NCBI GenBank assembly: GCA_938084565.1
Contig: CALKEU010000002.1
Coordinates: 39,501 to 103,500, forward strand
Reading direction: 5' to 3'
DNA: 64,000 bases
DNA from: Candidatus Kapaibacterium sp.
GTDB lineage: Bacteria; Bacteroidota; Ignavibacteria; Kapaibacteriales; HRBIN21
This document shows positions 1 to 10,700 of the stretch, piece by piece. The translations under genes and the position numbers were made by a program. The notes under the pieces were generated by a model. That model searched no databases. It was not told the DNA's origin and worked only from the letters and a program-made list of their open reading frames with translations. The first letter of the stretch is position 1. Each line of letters opens with the position of its first letter.

Positions 1-468
1 GAGCAAATCACCGAATCTACGCTCCAGTCGAGCATCACCATGCGGGGCGGTAGCCAGCTAGTAGCGGAAGTGCTCAATAAGAGTAGCTCCGCCGTGGCCA
101 AGTCGCTCTTAGAAGCCCTCGAAGCTCGCGACCCAGCGGTGGCCGAGGACATCAAACGGCGCATGTTCCTCTTCGAAGACATCGTGCTCATCGACGACCG
201 CGGCGTACAGCGTATCTTGCGTGAAATCGACAAGCGCGATCTGGCCCTAGCGCTCAAAGTCGCCGACGAAAAAGTGCGGCACAAGATCTTTAAGAACATG
301 TCCGAGCGGGCAGCGGCCGTTATCAAGGAAGAGCTCGAATTCATGGGGCCGGTGCGACTCAAGGATGTTGAGGCCGCCCAAGGCCGTATCATCGAGGTCA
401 TTCGTCGCCTTGCGGAACAGGAAGAAATCGTCATCGCCGGCCGTGGTAAAGAGGAGATCTATGTCTGA
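1..468 (+). CDS. fliG: Flagellar motor switch protein FliG (5'-truncated by window edge)
   Basis: Frame 1 is open from base 1. FliG C-domain motifs MFLFEDIVLIDDRGVQRILRE, FKNMSERAA and GPVRLKDVEAAQ. Confidence 0.95.
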   Translation, partial: EQITESTLQSSITMRGGSQLVAEVLNKSSSAVAKSLLEALEARDPAVAEDIKRRMFLFEDIVLIDDRGVQRILREIDKRDLALALKVADEKVRHKIFKNMSERAAAVIKEELEFMGPVRLKDVEAAQGRIIEVIRRLAEQEEIVIAGRGKEEIYV

Positions 469-1195
469 CGCCATGCTCTCGACTACATTGCCGAGTATCC
501 TCTCTCCGCAGGAGCGACTTCGGGTGCGCTCGGCGGTCTTTGAGGACTTTTCTCGGAGCACAGTCCAACTCCAGGAGGAGCCCCCCAGCAACGAGAGTAG
601 TCAGCCACCTGCACTCGAGCACCCCTTGCCGGAACCGCTTGCCGAACCGGCCGCCGAACCCGCCGCACCGCCTGCCGATTGGGAGACAACGTGGGAGCAG
701 GAACTACAGAGGGCCTACGAACAAGGGTTCGAGGATGGGAAAACGGCTGCCGCAGCTCTCTACGAAGCAGAGTTTCGGCGCCACCATCAGTTGCTTCAGC
801 CGCTCGATCATTTCATACAGTCCCTCCGGGATCACTTCCTCCAGCTCCGGCAGAGCATGGAGCAGGTTGCCGTACGGCTGGCTTTCCTCCTGGCCGAGCA
901 CATTCTCGACACCCACCTCCGTCAGGATCCTGCCGCCATCGAACAACTCCTTCGACGAGCGCTCCAGAGTATCCCTGGCGGAGAGGGGCAGCTGCGCATC
1001 CACCTGCACCCTGAAACCCTCGAAGCACTCCGTCGAGCTGGGAGCGTGCTTGTTTCGGGACAGGATCCCACCCTCCTCCTCATCAGCGACCCGTCCGTGG
1101 AACCGACCGGCTGCCTCATCGAGAGCCCCTGGGGCATTGTGGATGCACAACTCCGGCAGATGTTGCAGAACATCCGCGAACAACTGCAATGCTGA
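461..1195 (+). CDS. fliH: Flagellar assembly protein FliH
   Basis: ATG 461 overlaps the fliG stop. AYEQGFEDG GxxxG repeat and C-terminal LHPE...GCLIESPWGIVDA FliH signature; lies between fliG and fliI. Confidence 0.85.
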   Translation: MSDAMLSTTLPSILSPQERLRVRSAVFEDFSRSTVQLQEEPPSNESSQPPALEHPLPEPLAEPAAEPAAPPADWETTWEQELQRAYEQGFEDGKTAAAALYEAEFRRHHQLLQPLDHFIQSLRDHFLQLRQSMEQVAVRLAFLLAEHILDTHLRQDPAAIEQLLRRALQSIPGGEGQLRIHLHPETLEALRRAGSVLVSGQDPTLLLISDPSVEPTGCLIESPWGIVDAQLRQMLQNIREQLQC

Positions 1196-2520
1196 ATACC
1201 GAGGAACTCATAACCCGGTGGGCAGAGCGCATACGGCGTACACGTCCGGTGCGCCTCCGAGGAGCTGTCCGCAACGCGGTCGGGCTCGTTTTGGAAAGTA
1301 TTGGCCCGTATGTGCCCATCGGCGAACTCTGTAGCCTACGCGACTCCAGCGGAGCAGAGCTGTGTAAGGCAGAGGTCGTTGGCTTCCGACACACCACGAT
1401 GTTGTCCATGGTCTTAGGAGATGCAACCGCTGTGGCTCCCGGCATGGAGCTTGTTGCATTGGGGCGGCCTCTGACTGTCCGCGTCGGCAACGCTCTCTTG
1501 GGGCGAGTGCTCGACGGCTTGGGGCAACCATTAGATGGTAAAGCGCTTCCACCAGACCTCGAGGAACGACCTGTACACAGCTCTCCTCCAAATCCTCTCC
1601 AGCGACAGCGCGTCTGCCAGCCTCTCGGGACGGGCATTCGTGCCATCGATGCTTTCCTCACCGTCGGAAAAGGGCAGCGTATTGGCATCTTTGCTGGCTC
1701 TGGGGTCGGAAAATCTGTCCTGCTGGGCATGATTGCGCGAAATACGAGTGCCGATGTCAATGTGATTGCTCTCATCGGTGAGCGAGGGCGCGAGGTTCGC
1801 GACTTCATCGAGAAGGATCTCCAGACCGATGGCCTCCGGCGCTCGGTGCTCGTTGTGGCCACGAGTGATACCCCTCCACTGATCCGCGTGAAGGCTGCCC
1901 TGGTTGCCACAACGATTGCGGAGGATTTTCGCGAGCGTGGCTTCGACGTCATGCTCATGATGGATTCGCTCACTCGCTTGGCGATGGCCCAGCGGGAAAT
2001 CGGGATCGCTATCGGCGAACCCCCCACCACGAAAGGGTACACGCCCTCGGTCTTCTCCCTTCTGCACCGCACGGTCGAGCGTGCCGGCACAAGCTCCCAA
2101 GGGACCATAACGGGCTTGTACACTGTCCTGGTTGAAGGGGATGATCTGACCGAACCTATTGCCGATGCCGCCCGCGGCATCCTCGATGGGCACATCGTTC
2201 TCTCGCGGCGCCTTGCCGCCCGCGCGCACTATCCTGCCATCGACCCCTTGGAGAGCGTCAGCCGTCTCATGCCCGATGTCGTCTCGGCAGAACACTTGCG
2301 CGCAGCCCACACACTCAAAGCTCTCCTTGCAACCTACCGGGAATCGGAAGACCTCATCACCGTTGGGGCTTACCAGCCTGGGACAAATCCGCGGCTGGAC
2401 CGGGCCATTGTCATGTACGACAGGCTGATGTCCTTCCTGCGCCAAGACATAGCCGAAAGCAGTCTCTTCGAAGACACCGTTGCCCAGCTCCTCCAACTGG
2501 CCAGCGAGGCTGAAGGTTAA
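1189..2520 (+). CDS. fliI: Flagellar export ATPase FliI
   Basis: Walker A GSGVGKS, LIGERGREV, Walker B LMMDSLTR, GEPPTTKGYTPS, DGHIVLSR. Confidence 0.96.
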   Translation: MLNTEELITRWAERIRRTRPVRLRGAVRNAVGLVLESIGPYVPIGELCSLRDSSGAELCKAEVVGFRHTTMLSMVLGDATAVAPGMELVALGRPLTVRVGNALLGRVLDGLGQPLDGKALPPDLEERPVHSSPPNPLQRQRVCQPLGTGIRAIDAFLTVGKGQRIGIFAGSGVGKSVLLGMIARNTSADVNVIALIGERGREVRDFIEKDLQTDGLRRSVLVVATSDTPPLIRVKAALVATTIAEDFRERGFDVMLMMDSLTRLAMAQREIGIAIGEPPTTKGYTPSVFSLLHRTVERAGTSSQGTITGLYTVLVEGDDLTEPIADAARGILDGHIVLSRRLAARAHYPAIDPLESVSRLMPDVVSAEHLRAAHTLKALLATYRESEDLITVGAYQPGTNPRLDRAIVMYDRLMSFLRQDIAESSLFEDTVAQLLQLASEAEG

Positions 2521-2555
2521 AGTCTGTGCCACAATGTGCCGATGTACTTACTGCC

Positions 2556-3005
2556 ATGGCTCCCTTCCGCTTTCCACTGGAACGGCTCCTGCGATTGCGT
2601 CAGCAGCAGACGCAGCAAGCGCAATACGTGCTTGAGCAGATCATCGCACAGCGGCGCAGCACCGAGGATACCCTCCAACGCCTTCAACACCGATACGAGG
2701 TGGCACAGACTACAAATCTGCACCCAGGGACCTTTACCGCACACCAGCTTCAAGAGCTCTGGGCCTACTGCCACCATCTCCAGCAGGCTATCTGGCAACA
2801 GCAGCAACGCTGTGAACGGCTCCGAGAATTGGAACGGGTGCAACACGGTCATCTCCGCAGCGCTCTTCAAGCCACGGAGCTCTTCCAGCGTCTGCGCGAC
2901 CGCTACCGGGAGCTCTTCCGCCAGTGGACGGCTCGCCAAGAACAGCGTCAGCTCGACGAAGTGGCACAGCGGCGGCAACCCCCGTGGCCGTCCGCATCCC
3001 CATAG
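2556..3005 (+). CDS. fliJ: Flagellar export protein FliJ
   Basis: N-terminal FRFPLERLLRLR and C-terminal EQRQLDE motifs, coiled-coil, directly after fliI. Start chosen at ATG 2556. Confidence 0.85.
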   Translation: MAPFRFPLERLLRLRQQQTQQAQYVLEQIIAQRRSTEDTLQRLQHRYEVAQTTNLHPGTFTAHQLQELWAYCHHLQQAIWQQQQRCERLRELERVQHGHLRSALQATELFQRLRDRYRELFRQWTARQEQRQLDEVAQRRQPPWPSASP

Positions 3006-3535
3006 GGCTTACTCTGGCGCTTCTGCTTGCCTCGAGCAGCATTGCTATTGCCATTGGGGCCCTTCTGCTCTTCCGTCCCGACTGGCTTGGGCTAGCTCCA
3101 CCTCGGAATACCGACACCTCCGAACAGGCCCTCGATACCGTTCCAGCAGTCTCACCGTGGGACGAGCTCTACGAACAGCTCGGACACTACACTGCGCTCG
3201 TTGCCCAACTGCAGGACTCGCTCCACCGAGCCCGTCACATCGCCGACAGCCTCCAGAGTGACCTCCATCGCATGCGCGACGAGCTTCTCCGTTGGCAGCG
3301 CGAGAGCCAACGGCAGTACGATTCGCTGCGCTTGGCACACTACCAAGCCTTCGCTAAGATCTACAACAATGCCTCGCCCGAGGATGTAGCGCAGGTCCTC
3401 GTCCACCTCTCCCCGACCGATGTTGGGCTCCTACTGCGCCTGATGAGTCCTCGGCAAGCCGCACGCGTCATAGCCGCTCTTCCTCCAGAACAGGCTGCCG
3501 CTGTCCTTCTGCAGACGGCTTCACCCCAGCGCTGA
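2984..3535 (+). CDS. MotE/YlxF-like flagellar protein (N-terminal TM, coiled coil, MgtE-N-like C-terminal domain)
   Basis: GTG 2984, hydrophobic anchor, coiled coil, AKIYNNASPEDVAQVL...LMSPRQAARVIAALPPEQAA. Position after fliJ matches Bacillus ylxF. Confidence 0.7.
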   Translation: MAVRIPIGLTLALLLASSSIAIAIGALLLFRPDWLGLAPPRNTDTSEQALDTVPAVSPWDELYEQLGHYTALVAQLQDSLHRARHIADSLQSDLHRMRDELLRWQRESQRQYDSLRLAHYQAFAKIYNNASPEDVAQVLVHLSPTDVGLLLRLMSPRQAARVIAALPPEQAAAVLLQTASPQR

Positions 3536-3557
3536 GCCCCCAGAGGTCCCTACACCC

Positions 3558-3565
3558 TAAGTTTG
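3558..3565 (+). promoter_or_regulatory. Bacteroidota-type sigma-A -7 element TAAGTTTG upstream of glgP
   Basis: Exact TAnnTTTG match 25 nt before ATG 3591. Confidence 0.6.
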
Positions 3566-3590
3566 CGCCCTTGACACGGATGGGCCTCTC

Positions 3591-6122
3591 ATGCAACCGC
3601 TGCGCATCTTCATCGTTACGCCGAATCTCCCTGCAGCCCTTGCTCCCTTACGGGAACTGGCCTACAACTACTGGTGGAGCTGGGATAGCGAGGCACAATC
3701 CCTCTTCGCCCGTATTGATCCGGATCTCTGGGAGCGCCTCAACCACAACCCGCTGGCCCTCCTGCAGCAGATTCCCCAGGCGCGGCTGGAAGAGCTCGCC
3801 CGCGATAGCGATTTCCTCGCCTTCCTCCACTACGTCTACCACCGCTTTCAGGCAGCCCGAGAAGCCCCGAGCCGATACCGCCATCCGCCGGGTACTGCCC
3901 TGGAGACAATTGCATACTTCTGCGCCGAGTACGGCATTCATGAGAGCTTCCCGAACTACTCCGGCGGACTCGGGGTGCTCTCGGGTGATTACCTGAAGAC
4001 AGCCAGCGACATGGGTGTCCCTCTGGTAGCCGTCGGGTTGTTCTACCAGCAGGGCTACTTCCAACAGCGGCTCGACGAAAGCGGGTGGCAGCACGAGCTC
4101 TACCCAGCCAACGATATCTCCCTGCTCCCTGTTACGCTGATGCGGGACGAGACGGGGCGTCCGCTGATGGTCTCTGTCCCCTTGCCCAAAGGGAGGGTAA
4201 ATATCCGCATCTGGCGAATGCTCATCGGGCGTACCCCGCTCTATCTGCTCGACACCAACCATGAACACAACCAACTGGTCGAATACCGCGATATCACCGA
4301 CCGACTCTACGGCGGAACGGTGGAGACCCGTATCCAGCAGGAGCTCGTTCTCGGCATTGGCGGCATGCGCGCCTTGCGCGCCCTTGGCATCCGCCCGACG
4401 GTGTGCCACCTCAATGAAGGGCACACCGTCTTTGCTGCTCTCGAGTGGATCCGGCAGACCATGGAGGAGTATGCTCTCGATTTCTCAGCAGCTCTGGAAA
4501 TTGTGCGCGCATCGACGGTCTTTGTCACCCATACCCCTGTGCCCGCCGGCAACGAAATCTTCTCAAGCGATCTGCTCCGCGCCTATCTGGAGCCGTACGC
4601 TGCCGAAAGCGGCCTTCCGGTCGAGACACTGCTGGCTCTCGGGGCAACCCCGCTGGACAATGGCGGGGGATTTGGCACCACTGTCTGCGGTCTCAATCTG
4701 GCCTGGCACCGCCGTGGGGTAAGCCGCCTCCACGGACGAACCGCCCGTCGTATGTGGCAGGACCTGTGGCCAGGCTTCCCTGAGCACGAAGTCCCAATTG
4801 GAGCCATTACCAACGGAGTGCATCTGCCGACATGGGTTGCCCCAGACATGGCCCGCCTCTTTGACCGCTACCTTGGAAAGCGCTGGCGCACCGAAAGCGA
4901 TGCAAGCAGCCTCTGGAGCCGTGTCCTCGACATCCCCAACTACGAACTCTGGCAGGTCCATCAATTGCTTCGGCTCCGCCTCCTGACCCTCCTCCGGGAC
5001 CGTTTCCGCACCTTCCCGAGCTCGACTCTCCTCAACCCCGATGCCCTCACGATTGGTTTTGCCCGCCGCATTGCCCTCTACAAACGTCCCCTGCTCCTCT
5101 TCCACGACCTGGATCGCCTCCGCCGGATTGTCACCCATCCTGAACGGCCTGTCCAACTCATCATCGCCGGCAAAGCCCACCCTCAGGATGCGGCAGCCAA
5201 GGAGTCTATCCAGCGCCTCATCCGGGCTATCGTCGAAGCTGGGCTCGAAGGCCATGTTGTTTTTGTGGAGAACTACTCGCTCGAGCTTGCTCGTTTACTC
5301 GTCCAGGGCTGCGATCTGTGGCTGAATACCCCACGCCGGCCCCAGGAAGCCAGTGGCACCAGCGGCATGAAAGCCGCTCTCAATGGGGTCCTCCACTGCA
5401 GCACCCTCGATGGCTGGTGGGACGAAGCATATACAGGCACCAACGGATTTGCCATCGGCACAGGGAACGAATACGCAACACCCGACGAGGCCGATGCAGC
5501 CGAAGCGGAACAGCTCTATACTCTGCTCGAGCAGCGCATTGTGCCACTCTTCTACGAACGCAATGCCGACGGTGTCCCTGAGCGGTGGGTGCAGATGATG
5601 AAGCAGGCCATCATGACGCTGGCCCCACTGTACTGCACCCAACGCATGCTGCAGCAGTATATCAGCGAGTGCTATCTGCCGGCGCAGCGCTTCCGTTCAG
5701 CTCTCTTGGCCGAACACGCTGCAACACAGCTTGCTCAGTGGCGTGCTCGAGTCCACACAGCCTGGCCCCAAGTCCGCATCCTCCACGTCGAAGGCCTGCA
5801 CGAGGCCGAGCTCTCCGCCGGTAGTAGCCTGAGCGTCCGCGTCCAGACTGAGCTGGGTGAGCTCTCCCCGCAAGAGGTACGTCTGGAGCTCTACCTGGGA
5901 CGCCTCCAACCCGACGGAAGCCTGAGCAACATCCGTATCCGCAGCCTTGAGTACACGCACACCGACGAGAGGGGCTACCATTGGTTTGCCGGCAGCCTCC
6001 TCCTAGACGAAAGTGGCCTCTTCGGCTACACCGTCCGCATTCTCCCATGGCATCCAGGGCTGCCGACAGCTGCTGAACTCCGACTCTGCCACTGGGCCCA
6101 GCCCTGGACGGCTCTGCCGTAA
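3591..6122 (+). CDS. glgP: Alpha-glucan (glycogen/maltodextrin) phosphorylase
   Basis: LRELAYNYWWSW, YSGGLGVLSGD, HLNEGH, TNGVH, and the PLP-lysine motif EASGTSGMKAALNG. Confidence 0.96.
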   Translation: MQPLRIFIVTPNLPAALAPLRELAYNYWWSWDSEAQSLFARIDPDLWERLNHNPLALLQQIPQARLEELARDSDFLAFLHYVYHRFQAAREAPSRYRHPPGTALETIAYFCAEYGIHESFPNYSGGLGVLSGDYLKTASDMGVPLVAVGLFYQQGYFQQRLDESGWQHELYPANDISLLPVTLMRDETGRPLMVSVPLPKGRVNIRIWRMLIGRTPLYLLDTNHEHNQLVEYRDITDRLYGGTVETRIQQELVLGIGGMRALRALGIRPTVCHLNEGHTVFAALEWIRQTMEEYALDFSAALEIVRASTVFVTHTPVPAGNEIFSSDLLRAYLEPYAAESGLPVETLLALGATPLDNGGGFGTTVCGLNLAWHRRGVSRLHGRTARRMWQDLWPGFPEHEVPIGAITNGVHLPTWVAPDMARLFDRYLGKRWRTESDASSLWSRVLDIPNYELWQVHQLLRLRLLTLLRDRFRTFPSSTLLNPDALTIGFARRIALYKRPLLLFHDLDRLRRIVTHPERPVQLIIAGKAHPQDAAAKESIQRLIRAIVEAGLEGHVVFVENYSLELARLLVQGCDLWLNTPRRPQEASGTSGMKAALNGVLHCSTLDGWWDEAYTGTNGFAIGTGNEYATPDEADAAEAEQLYTLLEQRIVPLFYERNADGVPERWVQMMKQAIMTLAPLYCTQRMLQQYISECYLPAQRFRSALLAEHAATQLAQWRARVHTAWPQVRILHVEGLHEAELSAGSSLSVRVQTELGELSPQEVRLELYLGRLQPDGSLSNIRIRSLEYTHTDERGYHWFAGSLLLDESGLFGYTVRILPWHPGLPTAAELRLCHWAQPWTALP

Positions 6123-6124
6123 TA

Positions 6125-6140
6125 GAAGGCCACGGCCTTC
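6125..6140 (+). terminator. Short hairpin after glgP (GAAGGC-CACG-GCCTTC), no U-tract
   Basis: Perfect 6-bp stem right after the stop; terminator function uncertain. Confidence 0.3.
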
Positions 6141-6183
6141 GTCCCTGCTACCGGGTACAACAGGAGGAAAGGCACACGGCACC

Positions 6184-7467
6184 GTGACTGTGCACCCGAC
6201 ACGAGAACGCGCACTACTTATCGGACTCCTTCACCATCGTACGACCCGTTCAGCCCTGGAGGACCATCTACGGGAGCTGGAAGCTCTCGTCCGCAGCGCC
6301 GGTGCCGACGTCGTAGGTCTCTACTGGCAGGAACGCCCCGCGCCGGATGTAGCCACCTTTATAGGCCGTGGGAAAGCTATCGAGCTTGCTAGCGTGATTG
6401 CGCAGCAGGGGATTTCGCTCGTTGTCTTCGACGATGAGCTCACCCCTGTGCAGGTGCGCAACCTCGAACGACTCTGGGGCGTTAAGGTCTTGGATCGCGC
6501 AGGGATCATTCTCCACATCTTCGCCCAACGCGCTCGGACACAAGAGGCGAAGGTGCAGGTTGAGCTGGCTCAGCTGCAGTACCTCCTCCCACGTCTGAGC
6601 CACCTCTGGAGCCACCTTTCCAAGCAAGTCGGTGGGATTGGCACTCGCGGCCCTGGAGAGACGCAGCTTGAAACCGACCGCCGCTTGCTCCGACGGCGTA
6701 TCCAGCACTTGAAGCGGAAGCTCGATGATATTGCGCTCCAGCGCTACCAGCGCCGCCACCGCCGCGACGAACTCCCTCGCTTCGCTCTGGTCGGCTACAC
6801 GAATGCGGGGAAATCTACCCTCATGCGTGCCGTGACAGCAGCTCCTGTCCCCGTTGAAGACCGCCTCTTTGCCACGCTGGACACCACCGTCCGCCGCTTC
6901 CAGCTCCCCAGTGGACAGATTGCTCTCCTAGCCGATACGGTTGGGTTCCTCCGCAAGCTTCCCCCGCAGCTCATTGCTGCCTTCCGGAGCACGCTCGCAG
7001 AGGTCGTGGAAGCTGATGTCCTTGTGCATGTGGTGGATATCTCCCACCCGAACTTCCGGGAACACATCCGGGTTGTGGCTGACACACTCCGCACGCTCGG
7101 CGCCGACGCCAAGCCCACGGTCCTGGCCTTCAACAAGGTCGACCGCGTAGCTTCTGAGACGTCGCTCCTGCAAGAAGTCGACGCCGAATATCCTGGTGCC
7201 CTCTTCATCTCTGCCGAACGGGGGATTAATCTACGGCGCCTCCTTGTGGCGATGCAGCATGCCTACGAAGGGCCCACGGAGGTGCTCTCCTTTGTCTTCC
7301 CCTACTCTGACATGCGCCTGCTCCAGGGCCTCCGGAGCTGGGGCCAGATCGTATACCAGGAGCCGCGCCCGGATGGACTTTTCGTCCAGCTACGCTGTCC
7401 CCACCCAATCGGGCAACGTCTCCGCGGGCAGTACGCTCCGTATGTGACGGTGGTCCCACCAGCATGA
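6184..7467 (+). CDS. hflX: Ribosome-splitting GTPase HflX
   Basis: G1 GYTNAGKST, FATLD, DTVGF, NKVD and GIGTRGPGETQLETDRR. GTG start inferred; CAGGAGG lies upstream. Confidence 0.94.
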   Translation: MTVHPTRERALLIGLLHHRTTRSALEDHLRELEALVRSAGADVVGLYWQERPAPDVATFIGRGKAIELASVIAQQGISLVVFDDELTPVQVRNLERLWGVKVLDRAGIILHIFAQRARTQEAKVQVELAQLQYLLPRLSHLWSHLSKQVGGIGTRGPGETQLETDRRLLRRRIQHLKRKLDDIALQRYQRRHRRDELPRFALVGYTNAGKSTLMRAVTAAPVPVEDRLFATLDTTVRRFQLPSGQIALLADTVGFLRKLPPQLIAAFRSTLAEVVEADVLVHVVDISHPNFREHIRVVADTLRTLGADAKPTVLAFNKVDRVASETSLLQEVDAEYPGALFISAERGINLRRLLVAMQHAYEGPTEVLSFVFPYSDMRLLQGLRSWGQIVYQEPRPDGLFVQLRCPHPIGQRLRGQYAPYVTVVPPA

Positions 7468-7658
7468 GCCCACATGAGACCATGCAACTGCTCCGTATGC
7501 TTGCAATCTTCGTCCTGACAGCGGTTACGGTCTTTCTGCTCTCCATCAGCCTCGTAGTCATCGGGCAGGAGTACGGCTGGTGGGTTGGGGTGCTGCTCTT
7601 TGCCGCCCTGCTCTACGCCGCTGTCAAGCTCATCTACGAACGGCTCATCCGCTTGTAA
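7464..7658 (+). CDS. Small two-TM membrane protein (64 aa), function unknown
   Basis: ATGA overlap with the hflX stop; two clear hydrophobic helices. Confidence 0.6.
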   Translation: MSPHETMQLLRMLAIFVLTAVTVFLLSISLVVIGQEYGWWVGVLLFAALLYAAVKLIYERLIRL

Positions 7659-7706
7659 GGGCATATTTTAGAGACCGCGGACGTTCCACAGCATGGAGCC
7701 TCCCCC

Positions 7707-10700
7707 ATGCAAAAGGGAGTTCTGTGGCTGACGGCATTTCTGAGCCTGTACGCTAGCGCTTCCCAGACTGACACAGCTGACTTCTTACGCATCATCGGCC
7801 GAGAAAATCCTCGGCAGCGAGAGGAGGCCTTTCGGTTTGCGCGGGCCTATCCTTTCGAACGCATCCCCGAGGGGGCTCGACTGCGGGCGCTGGAGCAGCT
7901 GCGTGCTCTTGAGCGCCACATAGGCAAGGCCGCTCTCCAGGCACTCCAGCCACGCTGGCAACCCCTGGGACCTTTTACCGTCGGGGGACGCATCCGCGCC
8001 GTTGTCCACCACCCGACACGGGAGGGCTGGGTCTATATCGGCGCAGCTGCTGGCGGTCTCTGGCGTACCACCGATGGCGGACAATCCTGGACCCCTCTCT
8101 TCGATTTTGAAAACTCCCTCTCCTTCGGCGCACTCGCCATCGACCCGAACAACCCCGACATCCTCTACGCCGCCACGGGCGAGATGAGCAACAACATCGA
8201 TTCCTACCTCGGGGCCGGTATCTTCAAGTCAACCGATGGGGGACAGTCGTGGACCCCCCTTGGGCTCACGCATGTTGGGGCGTTCTCGAAAATTGTCGTG
8301 CACCCACGCGCATCGAACTTCATCGTTGCCGGAGCCACCAAGAGCTATGCCGGCTTTTGGCGCTCAACCGATGGCGGCCGTACATGGCAACGCACCTTCA
8401 GTGGAGTTGTCTCCGACATCAGCTTCAATCCGAACGACACAGCCGAATTCTTCATCGGCGTCAGTGGTCGCGGGATCTACCGCTCAACCGACGGTGGGCT
8501 AAGCTGGCAGTTCCGCAGCGCTGGGCTCCCCTCAGCTCTCGGGCGCGTTTGCGTCCAGCAGGCGCCCTCCGACCCGAACATCCTCTACGCCCTCATCGAG
8601 CAGAATGGCAGCGGCGGCGTTGCAGCCATCTACAAGTCCACCAATCGCGGCCAAAGCTGGCAGCTCGTCTACCAAGGACAGGAGAGCTTCTTCAACGGGC
8701 AGGGCTGGTACAATGCCTACATCGTCATCCACCCAACTAACCCCAACCTCGTCCTGGCCGGCGGTATCGACATTTATCGCACAACCGACGGAGGCGCAAC
8801 GTGGGTGAATGTCACCAACGGCTATACCGGTGGCAATGTACACGTTGACCAGCATGCTGCAGCCTTCAATCCACTGAATCCGAATATTGTCTACGCCGGC
8901 AACGATGGCGGCATGTACCGCAGCACTGATGCCGGGGCCACCTGGACCCCTATCAACAACGGGCTGGCCGTCACCCAGTTCTACGCTATGGCCATCGACC
9001 AGAGTAAAGCTTATGTCACCTACGGCGGCACGCAGGACAATGGCACACTGGGCAACCGTGGTGGCAACTGGGGGATGGTCGCCGGTGGAGACGGTTTCTT
9101 CGTTGCTATCGACCACGACAATCCAGACATCATCTACGGGGAATTCCCCTTCGGCGACCTCTGGAAGCGTAACCTCGCAACGGGCACTTTCCAGCGCATC
9201 ACTAACGGGATCCCCTCGAGCGATCCGGCCTACTGGTCTGCCCCGTTGGTAATGGACCCAACCAACTCCCAGACGCTCTACCATGGACGGCGTCGCCTCT
9301 ACGCCACTTACGACGGCGGGGCTTCTTGGACACCTCTCTCTCCGCCCATGAACGGCTCGATCACCGCCATTGGCGTCTCACCTGCTGATCCAAATGTGAT
9401 CTTCATCGGCACCGCGCGAGGGGAGGTCTGGCGCACATCCGATGGGGGCCAAACATGGGAGGATGTCGGCAAAAATGGGCTCCCAAACCGCTTCATTACT
9501 GACTTTGCCCTCTCTGAACGGGATCCTGCCGTTGCCTACGTCACGCTCTCTGGTTTTGGGACTGGCCACGTCTGGCGCACAACCGACGGTGGGAGAACCT
9601 GGCAGGACATCAGTATCGGCCTGCCCGATATTCCGGCTAACGCCATTGTGGTAGACCCACAGACGGAGGATCACCTGTTTGTAGGGACCGACATCGGGGT
9701 CTTTGCTTCGCTCGACGGAGGCGCCACGTGGTTTCCCTACGGCGTCGGTCTGCCCAGATCGCCCGTGGTCGATCTCGGCATACACTACAGCCGCCGTACC
9801 CTACGAGCGGCCACCCACGGGCGTTCCATGTGGGAGGTCCCCCTGCCGACCGAGCCTATCACCGAGCCGGTCATTACCGCCCCGGCCGGAGGAGAGCTCT
9901 TCGTGGCTGGCTCTCCTGTGGTCATTTCCTGGTATGGCTTCACGCTCCCGGTACAGATCGACTTCTCTGCCGACAACGGCCAGACGTGGGAGACCATCGC
10001 TGACGGTGTGACCTCGACTGTCCTGCGCTGGATTGCTCCAAATCGGCCAACTATCTGGGCACGTCTGCGCATCCGCTCTCAGGTTGACCCCACTCAAACC
10101 CGCATTACGCCGACCTTTACTCTGCTGGAGCCCCAACGCGGAGCTATCACTCAACAGGGTGGAGTCGTGCATGTCCCTTACGGGATTGCAGCCGATGGGC
10201 GTGGCGGCCTATGGACGACGAGCTTCTCGACCCCCTACCTATACAAGCTTTCTGCAACGACGCTGACCATCGAGAAGGAGCTGCGCATCCCCGGTGGAGA
10301 CAGCCTCTATACCGACTTGACCATGGACCGGCACAACGGGATCCTCTACATCCACAAGCTCAGCAGCACCAGCTCTGGTAGCTCCGGGTCTATTCTGGTG
10401 CTGGATACTGCTGGTCGCCTTCTGCGTCAGTATGCCAGTCCCGCTCGCTACCCGACAGGGCTTGCCTTCTACAGGGGGAAGCTGATCGTGGCCGAGCGCG
10501 ACGGTTCGCAGCAGCTCTACGTCCTCGATCCGGCTACGGGAGCTGTGGAAGCTACCTCCCCCAACCCGTCTCGCCTCCCCCTAGGCCCGCGAGGATTGGC
10601 TGCAGACGAACAGAACGACAAGCTCTACCTGGTCTCCACGAACTTCTCCGGCGGCTCACTGACGGCCACCCACCTTGTGCAGCTCTCTCTTCCCTTCCCC

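Noticed and set aside
1531-2532. 333-aa minus-strand ORF (similarly 3648-4424, 8532-9284, 12627-13472)
   Set aside because: Antisense shadows of fliI, glgP, the propeller gene and the receiver gene.
3571-3576. TTGACA, an E. coli-type -35 box before glgP
   Set aside because: It is only 14 nt from the ATG with no -10 partner; the TAAGTTTG element explains the promoter better.
8050-9740. Recurrent ACCGA(T/C)GG(C/T)GG motifs resembling a spaced repeat array
   Set aside because: These encode the TDGG Asp-box repeats of the propeller protein; they are irregularly spaced and not CRISPR.
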